A stretch of 64,000 nucleotides of DNA from Escherichia phage ECO340P1, in sequence record OP172791. One strand, 5' to 3'. This document shows positions 46,181 through 55,481 of the stretch, one piece after another. How positions within the stretch are numbered: position 1 is the first letter of the stretch; each line of letters opens with the position of its first letter. Position numbers and translations under genes: made by a program. The notes beneath the pieces were generated by a model. It saw only the letters and a list, made by a program, of their open reading frames with translations. It had not been told where the DNA came from and made no database searches.

Positions 46181-46660
46181 TTATTGAATTGTCAGAGCAG
46201 AGATTGAGTTAAGGGTGCTCAAACCTACACCAACTTCATTACGCAGAAGGCTTGCATCTTTAAGACCAATAACCCATTGGTTCTCTGTAATCATTTCGCC
46301 AATAGTATCTTCAGGCTGACTTTGAATCCATCCAATCGTGCTAATGTAATAGCCACGTGGGTCTTCTAAATAAACACTGAACGCTACTTGACGAGTAGAA
46401 TACATTGTTTGTGCATATGTTGCAAGTACTTCGTTAGCTGGAGATGTGCGTTGCAAAGACATTGTGAGTGTTCCCAAACGGTTACGACTCAAAGCTAGTG
46501 AAACGTCGCCATCAGTCCCTGCATAAGGGTTGATAATATCGTTAGATTTAGCAATAACGATTTTAGTATCAGCCGCAAAACCCCACGGTTCCCAACCACC
46601 TAATGAAAGGATAACTTGAGATGGGTCGTAGGCCATTACGCCAGTAAGCATTTTATCCAT
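46181..46660 (-). CDS. tail tube protein
   Basis: 159-aa ORF directly downstream of the sheath gene. Confidence 0.55.
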   Translation of the reverse strand: MDKMLTGVMAYDPSQVILSLGGWEPWGFAADTKIVIAKSNDIINPYAGTDGDVSLALSRNRLGTLTMSLQRTSPANEVLATYAQTMYSTRQVAFSVYLEDPRGYYISTIGWIQSQPEDTIGEMITENQWVIGLKDASLLRNEVGVGLSTLNSISALTIQ

Positions 46661-46706
46661 TATAGATCCTCTTTATTTTGATAACGGGGGCTTAACCCCC
46701 GCCGTA

Positions 46707-48080
46707 TTAGTTTGCAGTACGGTTAGTCAGGACGTTGACCTGAACTTTAACGTAATGGAAGAAGCCAGCGTAAACATATTCAATCTTCATCCCATCTACC
46801 AGACGAGCATTGATTTGCGCATCAGTCATATCGGCACGAGAAGGAATATAAACAATAGGTTTCAGATCGACACGCAAACCAGTCTCTTCAGAAGTAACAA
46901 CTTCATTAGCGATGGAACCGTTGAGGATACCTACTTGGATCGGGTTAGCCAGAACAGCTTGTCGAATCAAAGCCAGACCGTTTGAAGTAGCACGAACACC
47001 ACCACCCAGCATAGACTGTTGTTTAAACAGTGTAAACAGTGATTCTTCTGTGCGAGCTTTAAACCACAAAGCATGAACAACATAGTCAACAAAGAAACCG
47101 CTAACCATCAATCCATCACGATAGAACAGAGTTCCGTGCTCTTTACGATAGATGTTGCCGTTCTGTTGAACAATATTGTTTTCCGAAGTCTGATCCAGTT
47201 TCTCGATCTCTACACCTACCAGTGTTTTACCGTGAAGAGTAGTTAAACCAGGTTGACGAGAACAGATTGCACCAACAACTGCTGCTTCTGGGAATACAGA
47301 ATCTGCATCGGTCATCCACAAAGCAAAGCAAGTGTTATTATAACCGAGGTCATTCAGTCGTTCCAGAACGTTATCTTCTGCTTTCGTTTTAATTCCAGGT
47401 TCAGAGCTAGAGAAGAAGTAAACTTTATCATTCTCTTCTACCCATGCAGCCAAAGCTAGAACATCTTCTGTTTCATGGGAATCTGAAAGGGTCCAGAACC
47501 AGCTACTATCGATATCATGCAGAGCAGCAATATCTTCCGTAATAGCATTAGCATAGACAGTTTCTTGAGTGAAACCTGTGCTGTCAATAGAACCAAACTT
47601 ACCTTCTACTGGAGTGAAAGTCATTGCAGCGCCGTTGTTAGCTACTGTAAACAGTGGGCCATAAACAAGATCTGCATTGATCATTTCAGTCAGACCAACT
47701 ACAATCTCTTGTGCAGTTGCAGTGTCATCAGCAATGAATTTAAATTCTTTTTTCTTGGTACCATTTTTGATGGTAATTGTGTAAGTTGCACTATCTTCTA
47801 CGATTGGAGTTAGAGTAAAGTTTGTAACTTCACGCTTACCAACCATGACTTGATCTGGTGGGAACAAACCGTTAAACAGTTTGACTGCCATAATATACGC
47901 TGGATCATTTAATCCATAACCTGCTTCCAAAAGTGCATCGGAAGAAGAGTAATATTGAATCGCTTCGCCAGTTACGTTCTGACCTGTAAGGATCAGGGGA
48001 ATATCGAACTGGGTTTCACGAATTGATGTAGCACCATACAGTAAAGTTACGGTTGCTACCTTTTCACGAAAAGTTGCCAT
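46707..48080 (-). CDS. tail sheath protein
   Basis: 457 aa; contractile-sheath-like composition and position upstream of tube, chaperone and tape measure. Confidence 0.65.
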   Translation of the reverse strand: MATFREKVATVTLLYGATSIRETQFDIPLILTGQNVTGEAIQYYSSSDALLEAGYGLNDPAYIMAVKLFNGLFPPDQVMVGKREVTNFTLTPIVEDSATYTITIKNGTKKKEFKFIADDTATAQEIVVGLTEMINADLVYGPLFTVANNGAAMTFTPVEGKFGSIDSTGFTQETVYANAITEDIAALHDIDSSWFWTLSDSHETEDVLALAAWVEENDKVYFFSSSEPGIKTKAEDNVLERLNDLGYNNTCFALWMTDADSVFPEAAVVGAICSRQPGLTTLHGKTLVGVEIEKLDQTSENNIVQQNGNIYRKEHGTLFYRDGLMVSGFFVDYVVHALWFKARTEESLFTLFKQQSMLGGGVRATSNGLALIRQAVLANPIQVGILNGSIANEVVTSEETGLRVDLKPIVYIPSRADMTDAQINARLVDGMKIEYVYAGFFHYVKVQVNVLTNRTAN

Positions 48081-48114
48081 TTATGCTCCTGTTAGAAACT
48101 TAATTCCAATGAGT

Positions 48115-48774
48115 TTATTCGGTAGGGTTGTTAAATAATGATCCATTTTGATTGACTGACGAGTATTCGCCTGGAACCAAAGTAATTGCATAAACCCTGT
48201 TTAGAATTAAATCTAAAGGGATAGGATCATTGTAACTATCTCTGAATGAACGGATGTGCATGTTGATTGCTTCTATTGGTGTAGTAGCAATATCTTCAAT
48301 ACTCATACGAGTGTTGAACGTCATAACCATACGCGCTCTTAATTCAGTCTTATCTCCGTCTACAATTGTATTGGCTTGAGCTATATTGGAGGCTCCTAAA
48401 AAACCAAGACCTTTAGAATAGAGATGTTTGTATTTTAATTCCTCTGCACCACGGAGAGCAGCCAGAACATAGCTCATCAAAGTGGTAGGTCTTCCACGAT
48501 AGGCTACAAGTTCAATCTCGTAGGTATTATCCATCTCGTAGGAATACATATCATTTTGAATAGAGCTTCGGTAAGACCAACCTCCAGAATCGCTGGAAGT
48601 GATAATACGTAGTGCTAGGTAAGGAGTATCCGGTTTAATGAATGGCTTATCCATAACATAGACTGGCAACCCCACTAATTCTTGAAGGAAGCCACCTATA
48701 TTTAAGTAGATGGCATTTTCGTATGCTTCTATTTGTTGGTAAATATTAGCCAAAGTTTCCTCCTTCTGTTCCAT
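48115..48774 (-). CDS. putative tail completion / neck protein
   Basis: 219-aa ORF between neck genes and sheath. Confidence 0.4.
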   Translation of the reverse strand: MEQKEETLANIYQQIEAYENAIYLNIGGFLQELVGLPVYVMDKPFIKPDTPYLALRIITSSDSGGWSYRSSIQNDMYSYEMDNTYEIELVAYRGRPTTLMSYVLAALRGAEELKYKHLYSKGLGFLGASNIAQANTIVDGDKTELRARMVMTFNTRMSIEDIATTPIEAINMHIRSFRDSYNDPIPLDLILNRVYAITLVPGEYSSVNQNGSLFNNPTE

Positions 48775-49195
48775 AAGACCAGGAGTTGTTTTGATCGTCT
48801 AATATTGCAACACAGTGATGATGGACTAAGAAAGATGTTCTGGTCCAATCTTTAAGGGAATAAACAGAATACCATTTACCATCTATCAATATCTGATCTG
48901 ATAACTGTTCTGTTCCTTGTTGTAACCCCTTCATTTCTGTTTTAGTCCAGAAACTATATTGAGCCTTAGATCTGTAACCTTCGGGTAGTGCATTCAGTGT
49001 TTTACCAGATATCGGTTGTAAGCTTGCCGCTTCAATAGTAAATGGTTCATATTCTACACTACTTTCTAAGTTAGCAATAACTGAACCAACGGCCTCTTTG
49101 TAGACTCGTCTACGACCTTGGTATTCAGTTAGATCAAGGAGAGTAAATTGATCTAGTAACACTTGTATCTCCTTTTTAGTATACATCAAAAACAA
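48746..49195 (-). CDS. putative neck / head-tail joining protein
   Basis: 149-aa ORF. Confidence 0.4.
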   Translation of the reverse strand: MFLMYTKKEIQVLLDQFTLLDLTEYQGRRRVYKEAVGSVIANLESSVEYEPFTIEAASLQPISGKTLNALPEGYRSKAQYSFWTKTEMKGLQQGTEQLSDQILIDGKWYSVYSLKDWTRTSFLVHHHCVAILDDQNNSWSYGTEGGNFG

Positions 49196-49207
49196 AGTTT
49201 ATGCAAG

Positions 49208-49696
49208 TTATTTTTTAGACTTGCTTTTTGTGATTTTTGTTTCGATTGCATTTATCATGTGTGCCGTATCTATTAAGATATGATTAGAATAGTTGCCTTT
49301 ATCTTGTCGTATCTTAATTGTCACAGGAGATAAAGGACGATAACGTTGCATTGCAATCGCTTGAGCTATTCCTTCTCTAGAGGCTCTCGCTATAGGCTCA
49401 AAAACAGCCAACCCAACATTGTTCATTAGGTAATTTGCAAAAACCTGCTTCATCTTTTTAGCGATATTGTTCTGTGAGATAACAGCACCATCTGTTATAA
49501 AAGGGCGAGCAGGTATGTTGTTTGTTTCATTACCATATTGTTGAATAGCTGCTATTGCAGGAATAGTGAGATCTGATTCAGGATGCCTTTTGTTTGTTAA
49601 AAAACCAGCTTCGATTTGAACTTGTTCAAGATCCATCATCTTTTTGATAATGGTTTCCCAATCTGTATCGTCACCTGGTAAGATCTCACTTTCCAT
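49208..49696 (-). CDS. putative head completion / neck protein
   Basis: 162-aa ORF. Confidence 0.4.
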   Translation of the reverse strand: MESEILPGDDTDWETIIKKMMDLEQVQIEAGFLTNKRHPESDLTIPAIAAIQQYGNETNNIPARPFITDGAVISQNNIAKKMKQVFANYLMNNVGLAVFEPIARASREGIAQAIAMQRYRPLSPVTIKIRQDKGNYSNHILIDTAHMINAIETKITKSKSKK

Positions 49697-50244
49697 TATT
49701 TGTCCCTACGATAAAAAGAAACAGGTCCGTAATTTCGCAAATAATTAACGTTACGTGTATTACGATCAACACTTGCAACATTACCAAGACCATTCACAGA
49801 GTTAGGATCGCTGTTTACTCGATCAATCTCACGAGCATCCACACCGCCAATAAGAACTTTGCTGGTTGCTCCTCGTCCTGCCGTGCACCCAGGGATCACC
49901 ATAAGACCATTTAAATAGTTATGATAGATATCTTCCCACGGAGATTTATAAGTGACTTGACCGTTGTTAAATTTAACTTCAACTTCGACTTCACCCATCT
50001 TTTCTCTGCGGGACATAGCTCCTCCTGTTTGAGTACTGTTGTTAAGAACATCGTTGTTCCATAAATACTCTAAAACAGAAATCAAGCTGTTCCACAATAC
50101 TGCACACTTATCCTTATCTTCATTCCCTATGATATCAATCCAAGTTTGGATGATCTGAATCAGCATTGCATCTGGCAATACTTCTTGAGAAGGGTTATAA
50201 ACAAGAATTCTGATCAGTGGTGCCAACTCTACCGCATTCAGCAT
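49696..50244 (-). CDS. putative head-tail connector protein
   Basis: 182-aa ORF, coupled to neighbours. Confidence 0.4.
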   Translation of the reverse strand: MLNAVELAPLIRILVYNPSQEVLPDAMLIQIIQTWIDIIGNEDKDKCAVLWNSLISVLEYLWNNDVLNNSTQTGGAMSRREKMGEVEVEVKFNNGQVTYKSPWEDIYHNYLNGLMVIPGCTAGRGATSKVLIGGVDAREIDRVNSDPNSVNGLGNVASVDRNTRNVNYLRNYGPVSFYRRDK

Positions 50245-50253
50245 AAGCCCACC

Positions 50254-50652
50254 TTATTTTTTACGAAGGGAACGTTTTTTAGCTGGAGTGTCTACCGCTT
50301 CTACTTTTAAAACTTCTTCTTTGATTTTTACAGGTGCATAGTCTTCGTAACTTACAAGATAGTAACCCATGTGTTCTTCACTTGCAAAAGGATGCACAAG
50401 AATACCTGTTTCTTCTCTCAAACGCGTGAGGAAGTGAATGAAGTTTCCACCTAATGCAATACGACCATCTTTCAGATAGAAAGACATTGGTGGCGCAGAT
50501 ACTAATGTTTTATCAGCATCAATCAGTGGTGAAAGCGATTCGAAATCACGAATCATTTCGTGATAACTAAAGTAACGTTTCAATTCTGGGTTTGACATAT
50601 CAATCTCCTCGTTGTAAACTCTTATTGTAAACAGAAAAGGCTCGCCCATCAC
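50254..50652 (-). CDS. hypothetical head-proximal protein
   Basis: 132-aa ORF immediately downstream of the capsid gene terminator. Confidence 0.4.
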   Translation of the reverse strand: MMGEPFLFTIRVYNEEIDMSNPELKRYFSYHEMIRDFESLSPLIDADKTLVSAPPMSFYLKDGRIALGGNFIHFLTRLREETGILVHPFASEEHMGYYLVSYEDYAPVKIKEEVLKVEAVDTPAKKRSLRKK

Positions 50653-50662
50653 GGACGAGCCT
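50630..50662 (-). terminator. Rho-independent terminator after the major capsid gene
   Basis: Minus-strand 9/10-bp stem around GGCTCG...CGAGCC followed by TTTTCTGTTT. Confidence 0.55.
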
Positions 50663-50682
50663 CTAATCTTAACAGAGTTCTA

Positions 50683-51684
50683 TTAAGCCGTAGTCAGTTT
50701 AACTACCAGTTCTGGACGGGTGTTAACTGCGAGCAGCGAGAATTCAGACTGAAGCTGAATAGTGCGGTGCTGGCTGATCATGAAGGTATACAGTTCACGA
50801 GCTTGGGTGTTAGCCAGTTCTGGAGTATCCGCAGGAGCGTAGTGCGCCTGGAACATACCTTCGATACCCATAGGCAGAACATATGCTTCACCAGCAGGGA
50901 TGTTACCGTGGATATCTTCAATGTAAGTTACACCGTTCCATTCGAACACCTGAACATCCATGTTACCGCTAAGGCGATCACGCAGAAGGTTAGGAGTTCC
51001 CTGGAAATACTGATATGCCTGGCGAACAAATGGAGAGTTAACCAGAGATGCGAAAAATTCACGAGAACACAGAGCTACGATACGAGTAGCGGTAGAGCCA
51101 TCTTGTTTAGTATCGATGATGTAAGCACGAGCTTCTTTCTCGATAGTGGCTGCTGGAGAAACAGTGGTAGAAGCAAAGTCTACAGCAACAGATTTCTGGG
51201 TAGCACCCCATTCGGTATACCAGTTGTATGCAGAGTTAGCTGCACCACCTACGCCGTTATAGGCACGACCCATAACTGCTTCTGCAAAGATTTTCTCTTT
51301 GGTTTTTGCTACGTCACGCAGAATCTGGGACATATAGCGGTTAACAACTTCAGCGTCTGTGCGCAGAGAGTCATTGATTCCTGCCATTGCAAAGCTACGG
51401 AAAGATTGAATATCTTGAGCTTTGATGTTTTTATCCAGAGGGAAGAACGGAATGCGGAACGCTTTCAGTTCTGGATTTTTCATGCTCAGGAAGTTACGCT
51501 CACCACCACGCTCACGAGCGGAGATCAGAGCATCTTCAGCTTTTTCTTTACCGATTTCAATAGCGGTAGTTGAATGATAGTCAACACTGAACAGATTCAG
51601 GCTGGCAATCAGTGTATCAGGGGAATCCTGAAGTTCGATCATAGGGCTGAAATCTACAACCTGATCTAAAATTACTGCTGGCAT
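50683..51684 (-). CDS. major capsid protein (lambda gpE-like family)
   Basis: 333 aa; C-terminal region NTQARELYTFMISQ...LVVKLTTA parallels lambda gpE (NTQARGLRTYGCIQ...FVSVQLA, recalled from memory). Confidence 0.8.
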   Translation of the reverse strand: MPAVILDQVVDFSPMIELQDSPDTLIASLNLFSVDYHSTTAIEIGKEKAEDALISARERGGERNFLSMKNPELKAFRIPFFPLDKNIKAQDIQSFRSFAMAGINDSLRTDAEVVNRYMSQILRDVAKTKEKIFAEAVMGRAYNGVGGAANSAYNWYTEWGATQKSVAVDFASTTVSPAATIEKEARAYIIDTKQDGSTATRIVALCSREFFASLVNSPFVRQAYQYFQGTPNLLRDRLSGNMDVQVFEWNGVTYIEDIHGNIPAGEAYVLPMGIEGMFQAHYAPADTPELANTQARELYTFMISQHRTIQLQSEFSLLAVNTRPELVVKLTTA

Positions 51685-51705
51685 TATATTAATCTCCTAT
51701 TAAAA

Positions 51706-52104
51706 TTAAGAAGTGAAAACGACTTTTTCGGTCAGTTTCAGATCATGTGTTTCCAGTGCTGCTACGCCAGCGTCATCTACCAGGGAGCCATCTTTGTAGT
51801 ATACTGCAAAGCGGTTCAGAGTAAGATCACGTACGCCAACAACTGCGGTGAAAGTGTCACCTACTGCTACATCGTCAATACCGAACAGAGCATCAGTCCA
51901 AATCAGAACTTTAGCAGCATCGGCAGCTTCAGCTTTAGCAGCTTCAGTGTTGTCAGCTTTCAGGATAGAACCAATTTTCATGGTTGCTGTTTTAACCAGG
52001 TTAACTTCACGTACACAGTGTCCAAGGTCAGAGCTAAACACTCCACCCAGAACCAGGTGTCCGAATTCCTGGCGAGAGTTAGATAAAGTAATTCCTTTAG
52101 CCAT
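51706..52104 (-). CDS. head decoration protein (gpD-like)
   Basis: 132-aa ORF immediately upstream of the major capsid gene, Ala/Gly/Val-rich. Confidence 0.5.
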   Translation of the reverse strand: MAKGITLSNSRQEFGHLVLGGVFSSDLGHCVREVNLVKTATMKIGSILKADNTEAAKAEAADAAKVLIWTDALFGIDDVAVGDTFTAVVGVRDLTLNRFAVYYKDGSLVDDAGVAALETHDLKLTEKVVFTS

Positions 52105-52123
52105 TTAATTTAATCTCCTAAGA

Positions 52124-53239
52124 TTATTGTTTCTGGGCTTTTTTAAGTTCAGCAGCTTTCTGACTAATCAGTTCAGAAGAAGATTTAGCTACAGGTTGAG
52201 TATTGATCACGTCAACACCACGTTCTGTTCCAAATTCTTTCTTAACTGCGTCCACTTCTGCACGTGCTTTTTCGAATGCTTTGACGATAGTTTCAGCGAT
52301 ATCTTTATTGTCTACCAGATATTTAACGAGAGCTTCAACTTTGTCTTCTTCTACGAAAGAATAGGATTTAACAACAGTTGTATATTCTTCTTCGATACGA
52401 GCTTGTTCAGCTTTACGAAGTTCTTCTGCTTCCTGTTCTGCCTTAGCGATTTTTTCCTGTGCTTCAAGTTCTGCGGCTGCACGTGCATCTGCGGCTGCTT
52501 TTTCTACAGCTTCAGCGATCTGTGCTTTCATCAGTTCTTGGAATTCAGCAGATTTCAGGAATTCTTCTTTGTTGATATTTTCCAAAGGGGTTTCTCCTTT
52601 ATTGATTCCAGTTGTGTTTGCAGATTTATCACCTGCGGGGTTAGCCTCTGCATCCACAGAGTTTGTATTAGCTTTAGCGTGAGCTTTCACTAAATAATCT
52701 TTAACTTGACTTTGTTTCAAGGAACTCTTAACGAGATTACTCAAAGCATCGTCTAAAACGTCCTCAAAGAAATCAATGGAGATCATTACATCACCATCAA
52801 CAACTTGATAATCAGTAACACGAACAACAGGTTTAGCAACCTCTTCAACTTCAACATTCAGTCCGTCAACTTTAAAGCCAACAGAGAACATACCGTTATC
52901 TGAACAGAAAATTGCAACGTTCGCATCGAAGTCAGCATCAATAACGTAAACCCAATCCCAACCAGCTTCAAATTTTTCACGCACTTTTTCAGAAATGCGA
53001 TCCATCACTTGTTGAATATAGCTTTTACGTAACTCTGTAACATCTTCTCCCATTTTAGTGAGAGCTTCTAACTTTTCAAAAGTTATGTCTGGAGATCCGT
53101 CTGACTTAAATAAAAGGGGGGTATTGTAACCAGATGCCGCTCCACCTTGAAAATCAAAAGTGTAAGCAATATGAGCACCTAGTGACTCTTCCGTAGCTTT
53201 TCCTGAAAAGTCTACGTTAGTTAAATATGTATTTGCCAC
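52124..53239 (-). CDS. scaffolding protein
   Basis: 371 aa with a long A/E/K-rich coiled-coil C-terminal half; sits between protease-position gene and decoration gene. Confidence 0.5.
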   Translation of the reverse strand: MANTYLTNVDFSGKATEESLGAHIAYTFDFQGGAASGYNTPLLFKSDGSPDITFEKLEALTKMGEDVTELRKSYIQQVMDRISEKVREKFEAGWDWVYVIDADFDANVAIFCSDNGMFSVGFKVDGLNVEVEEVAKPVVRVTDYQVVDGDVMISIDFFEDVLDDALSNLVKSSLKQSQVKDYLVKAHAKANTNSVDAEANPAGDKSANTTGINKGETPLENINKEEFLKSAEFQELMKAQIAEAVEKAAADARAAAELEAQEKIAKAEQEAEELRKAEQARIEEEYTTVVKSYSFVEEDKVEALVKYLVDNKDIAETIVKAFEKARAEVDAVKKEFGTERGVDVINTQPVAKSSSELISQKAAELKKAQKQ

Positions 53240-53241
53240 GA

Positions 53242-53721
53242 TTAGTCCTTCTTGACTTTAACGCCCATTGCGCCTATACTCAAACCTTTAAGAACGCCGT
53301 CTTTACGAGCTTGATATAATTCAGGGTCGTTGAATTGGATTTTAACGAGGGGAGTTCCTTCCACAACGAGTTCGTCACCAATGTAACAATCGACTTCATT
53401 TACCCAAGCTTTAATTGGAGCAAACTTATCGGTGTTCTTCATGTGACCAAGATTACCGCTAATATTGGTAATATTCTCATTGAAGTTGTCAACCATCTTC
53501 CTGATTTCCAAATCAGACATGCGCTCTCCGTGGAGATCGTCTTCTTCAGGTGGACAATACAAGACCTCAATAACCTGCATCTTTTCTTCATCAAATTTAT
53601 TTTGTTTGACTAGAGTTTCAGGTTTTTGAGATGGTATAGAATCTTGTTGGGATTCAGAATTCTCTTTAAAACCAGCGAAGGTTTTGAAGAGTTCCCACAG
53701 TGTATCTTTATTGAGTTCCAT
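53242..53721 (-). CDS. putative prohead protease or head morphogenesis protein
   Basis: 159-aa ORF in the canonical portal-protease-scaffold position; no catalytic motif confirmed. Confidence 0.3.
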   Translation of the reverse strand: MELNKDTLWELFKTFAGFKENSESQQDSIPSQKPETLVKQNKFDEEKMQVIEVLYCPPEEDDLHGERMSDLEIRKMVDNFNENITNISGNLGHMKNTDKFAPIKAWVNEVDCYIGDELVVEGTPLVKIQFNDPELYQARKDGVLKGLSIGAMGVKVKKD

Positions 53722-53757
53722 TTGAAACCTCTTAAAAACAGATATCCCATAAATCTT

Positions 53758-53786
53758 AGTCTACAGGATATTTGTTGTTTTGTCAA
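53758..53786 (-). promoter_or_regulatory. sigma70-like promoter (CTATTGACAA-N17-TAGACT)
   Basis: Minus-strand -35 at 53781-53786 within the recurring motif CTATTGACAA; -10 TAGACT at 53758-53763. Confidence 0.45.
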
Positions 53787-53814
53787 TAGAAAAATTAAAA
53801 AATATTAAATATTT

Positions 53815-55380
53815 TTAATTCGACAGGTTTTGTGCTGAAGGATCTAGAGCAGAAACAGTATCAGACGTTCCAGTTCCCGCTGTAGCTAAACCATCTCCTG
53901 ATCGTGAAGTTTTGTCAGGCATATAGTTATCCATGAATTCAAAGAATTTCTCTTTATTGGCAACAATATCATCAGGGATGCGATATTCAAAACCAATTTT
54001 TTCAAGAAACTCGTTAATAACTTCTGGGGTTAAAGGTATCGCACCAGAGGCTACCAACTGCTGAATAGCTTTAGCATTTACTTCAATATCAGGATCACCC
54101 ATTTCACCACTGACAAACTTAGGCATATCTTCATCAGAAAGGAAGATATTGTTTAGTCGTAGTGTTTGAGGGATCAGTTGAGAGTTTATAGCTTCTACAA
54201 CAATATCTACATCTCGCTCAATAAAATGAGACAATAGTGTTTGTTTGTTGTCAGAAAGCGCAAAACTTCCTGCATCACCATCACCCATAATCAACACACC
54301 CGCACCAAAGCGGTTATAAATATCTAGCTTGCGTTGTTTGATTAGTGCTTGAGTGTCAAACTGTTTACCCGTGCCATCAACACCTTGGAATACAAGATCG
54401 TATTGACGCATCACTGTGCCTTCATAAACGTCTGAAGGCAATACCATGTAGGCTTGCTCACCAGAGTGCAGGTTAGCGATGTTGGCTTGGAGAACTCGAA
54501 GAGATTGTGCTTCATCCCCCGCAGGATCTAAAGATGCCCTGTTTAGAATGTCACTTGGAACCTTAAGAACTGGCATACCGCCTAAATCTTTAGATACCCC
54601 AATAACCTCAAATTCCTGAATAAGAGATTTTTCACGCCAGCTACGATATACAGCTAAAAGCGGACTAACTCCTAATGGGTTATTCTCTGTAATGTTGCTA
54701 CCAACAAATAAAACTTTACTGAAAGGGATTTCTTTAATACCCGTTTCTAAAGTTGTATTACCTGGAGCTAACATCGTATTGGTGATATTCTGGTTAACAG
54801 ATAGAATAGAACGTCCGTCTGCCGAATATGTAAAAGGTTGAGCCATGTGAAGAGTGTCTTGTGGTCTAAAAGCCAGTTTGGTTAATCGCCAATACCCAAA
54901 GTAAGGACTTTTAGGATCTTCATCCAACTCATAAACTTTCTCTGCGAATGCAAAACCATATTGCTTATATGTCAAAAGTGATCTAACATATTGACGTAGA
55001 GGGGCTTGCATATTGCGCAACATGTAATCAATAAACTTAGCAGCTTTTCTTGACTTTGCCGAGTTTACATTGTATTTTATCTTGAAATCAAAGAATGCTC
55101 TATCTACAAAGATATATGTAGCGTCAAGAGCAGTAGCTACATCAGGGTCTTCACCCATCTCTTTAAAAGTGCGAATACATTCTGGGAAACGAGTCTCATA
55201 AGGTTGCATGAAATTCGTAAATGCTTTGATTGAGTTTAATCCGATCGTTCCTATTTCAGGTGACAGGAGTAACGTTTTCTCTTTCTCTGCCTCTTTTGTT
55301 GGAGAGAGAGCAGCTTTATTTGCAGCACCTTTGTCCCAGTATTCTGACTTTTTAGTGTACGTTCTTTTTCCTGTTGACAC
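53815..55380 (-). CDS. portal protein
   Basis: 521 aa, between terminase and head maturation genes. Confidence 0.65.
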   Translation of the reverse strand: MSTGKRTYTKKSEYWDKGAANKAALSPTKEAEKEKTLLLSPEIGTIGLNSIKAFTNFMQPYETRFPECIRTFKEMGEDPDVATALDATYIFVDRAFFDFKIKYNVNSAKSRKAAKFIDYMLRNMQAPLRQYVRSLLTYKQYGFAFAEKVYELDEDPKSPYFGYWRLTKLAFRPQDTLHMAQPFTYSADGRSILSVNQNITNTMLAPGNTTLETGIKEIPFSKVLFVGSNITENNPLGVSPLLAVYRSWREKSLIQEFEVIGVSKDLGGMPVLKVPSDILNRASLDPAGDEAQSLRVLQANIANLHSGEQAYMVLPSDVYEGTVMRQYDLVFQGVDGTGKQFDTQALIKQRKLDIYNRFGAGVLIMGDGDAGSFALSDNKQTLLSHFIERDVDIVVEAINSQLIPQTLRLNNIFLSDEDMPKFVSGEMGDPDIEVNAKAIQQLVASGAIPLTPEVINEFLEKIGFEYRIPDDIVANKEKFFEFMDNYMPDKTSRSGDGLATAGTGTSDTVSALDPSAQNLSN

Positions 55381-55481
55381 TTGTTCCTCCAGTCAGGTAT
55401 AAAATCGTTAAGGCAAGGCTGTATTATATACAACCTCACCTATCTAGTTATAATACACTTTAAAGTGACTTTTGTCAACAA

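Noticed and set aside
50767-51573. 268-aa plus-strand ORF
   Set aside because: Antisense to the major capsid gene with no RBS and low-complexity content; a shadow ORF
52127-52693. 188-aa plus-strand ORF rich in Phe/Cys/Ser
   Set aside because: Antisense to the scaffold gene; its composition reflects the reverse complement of GAA/GCT-rich codons
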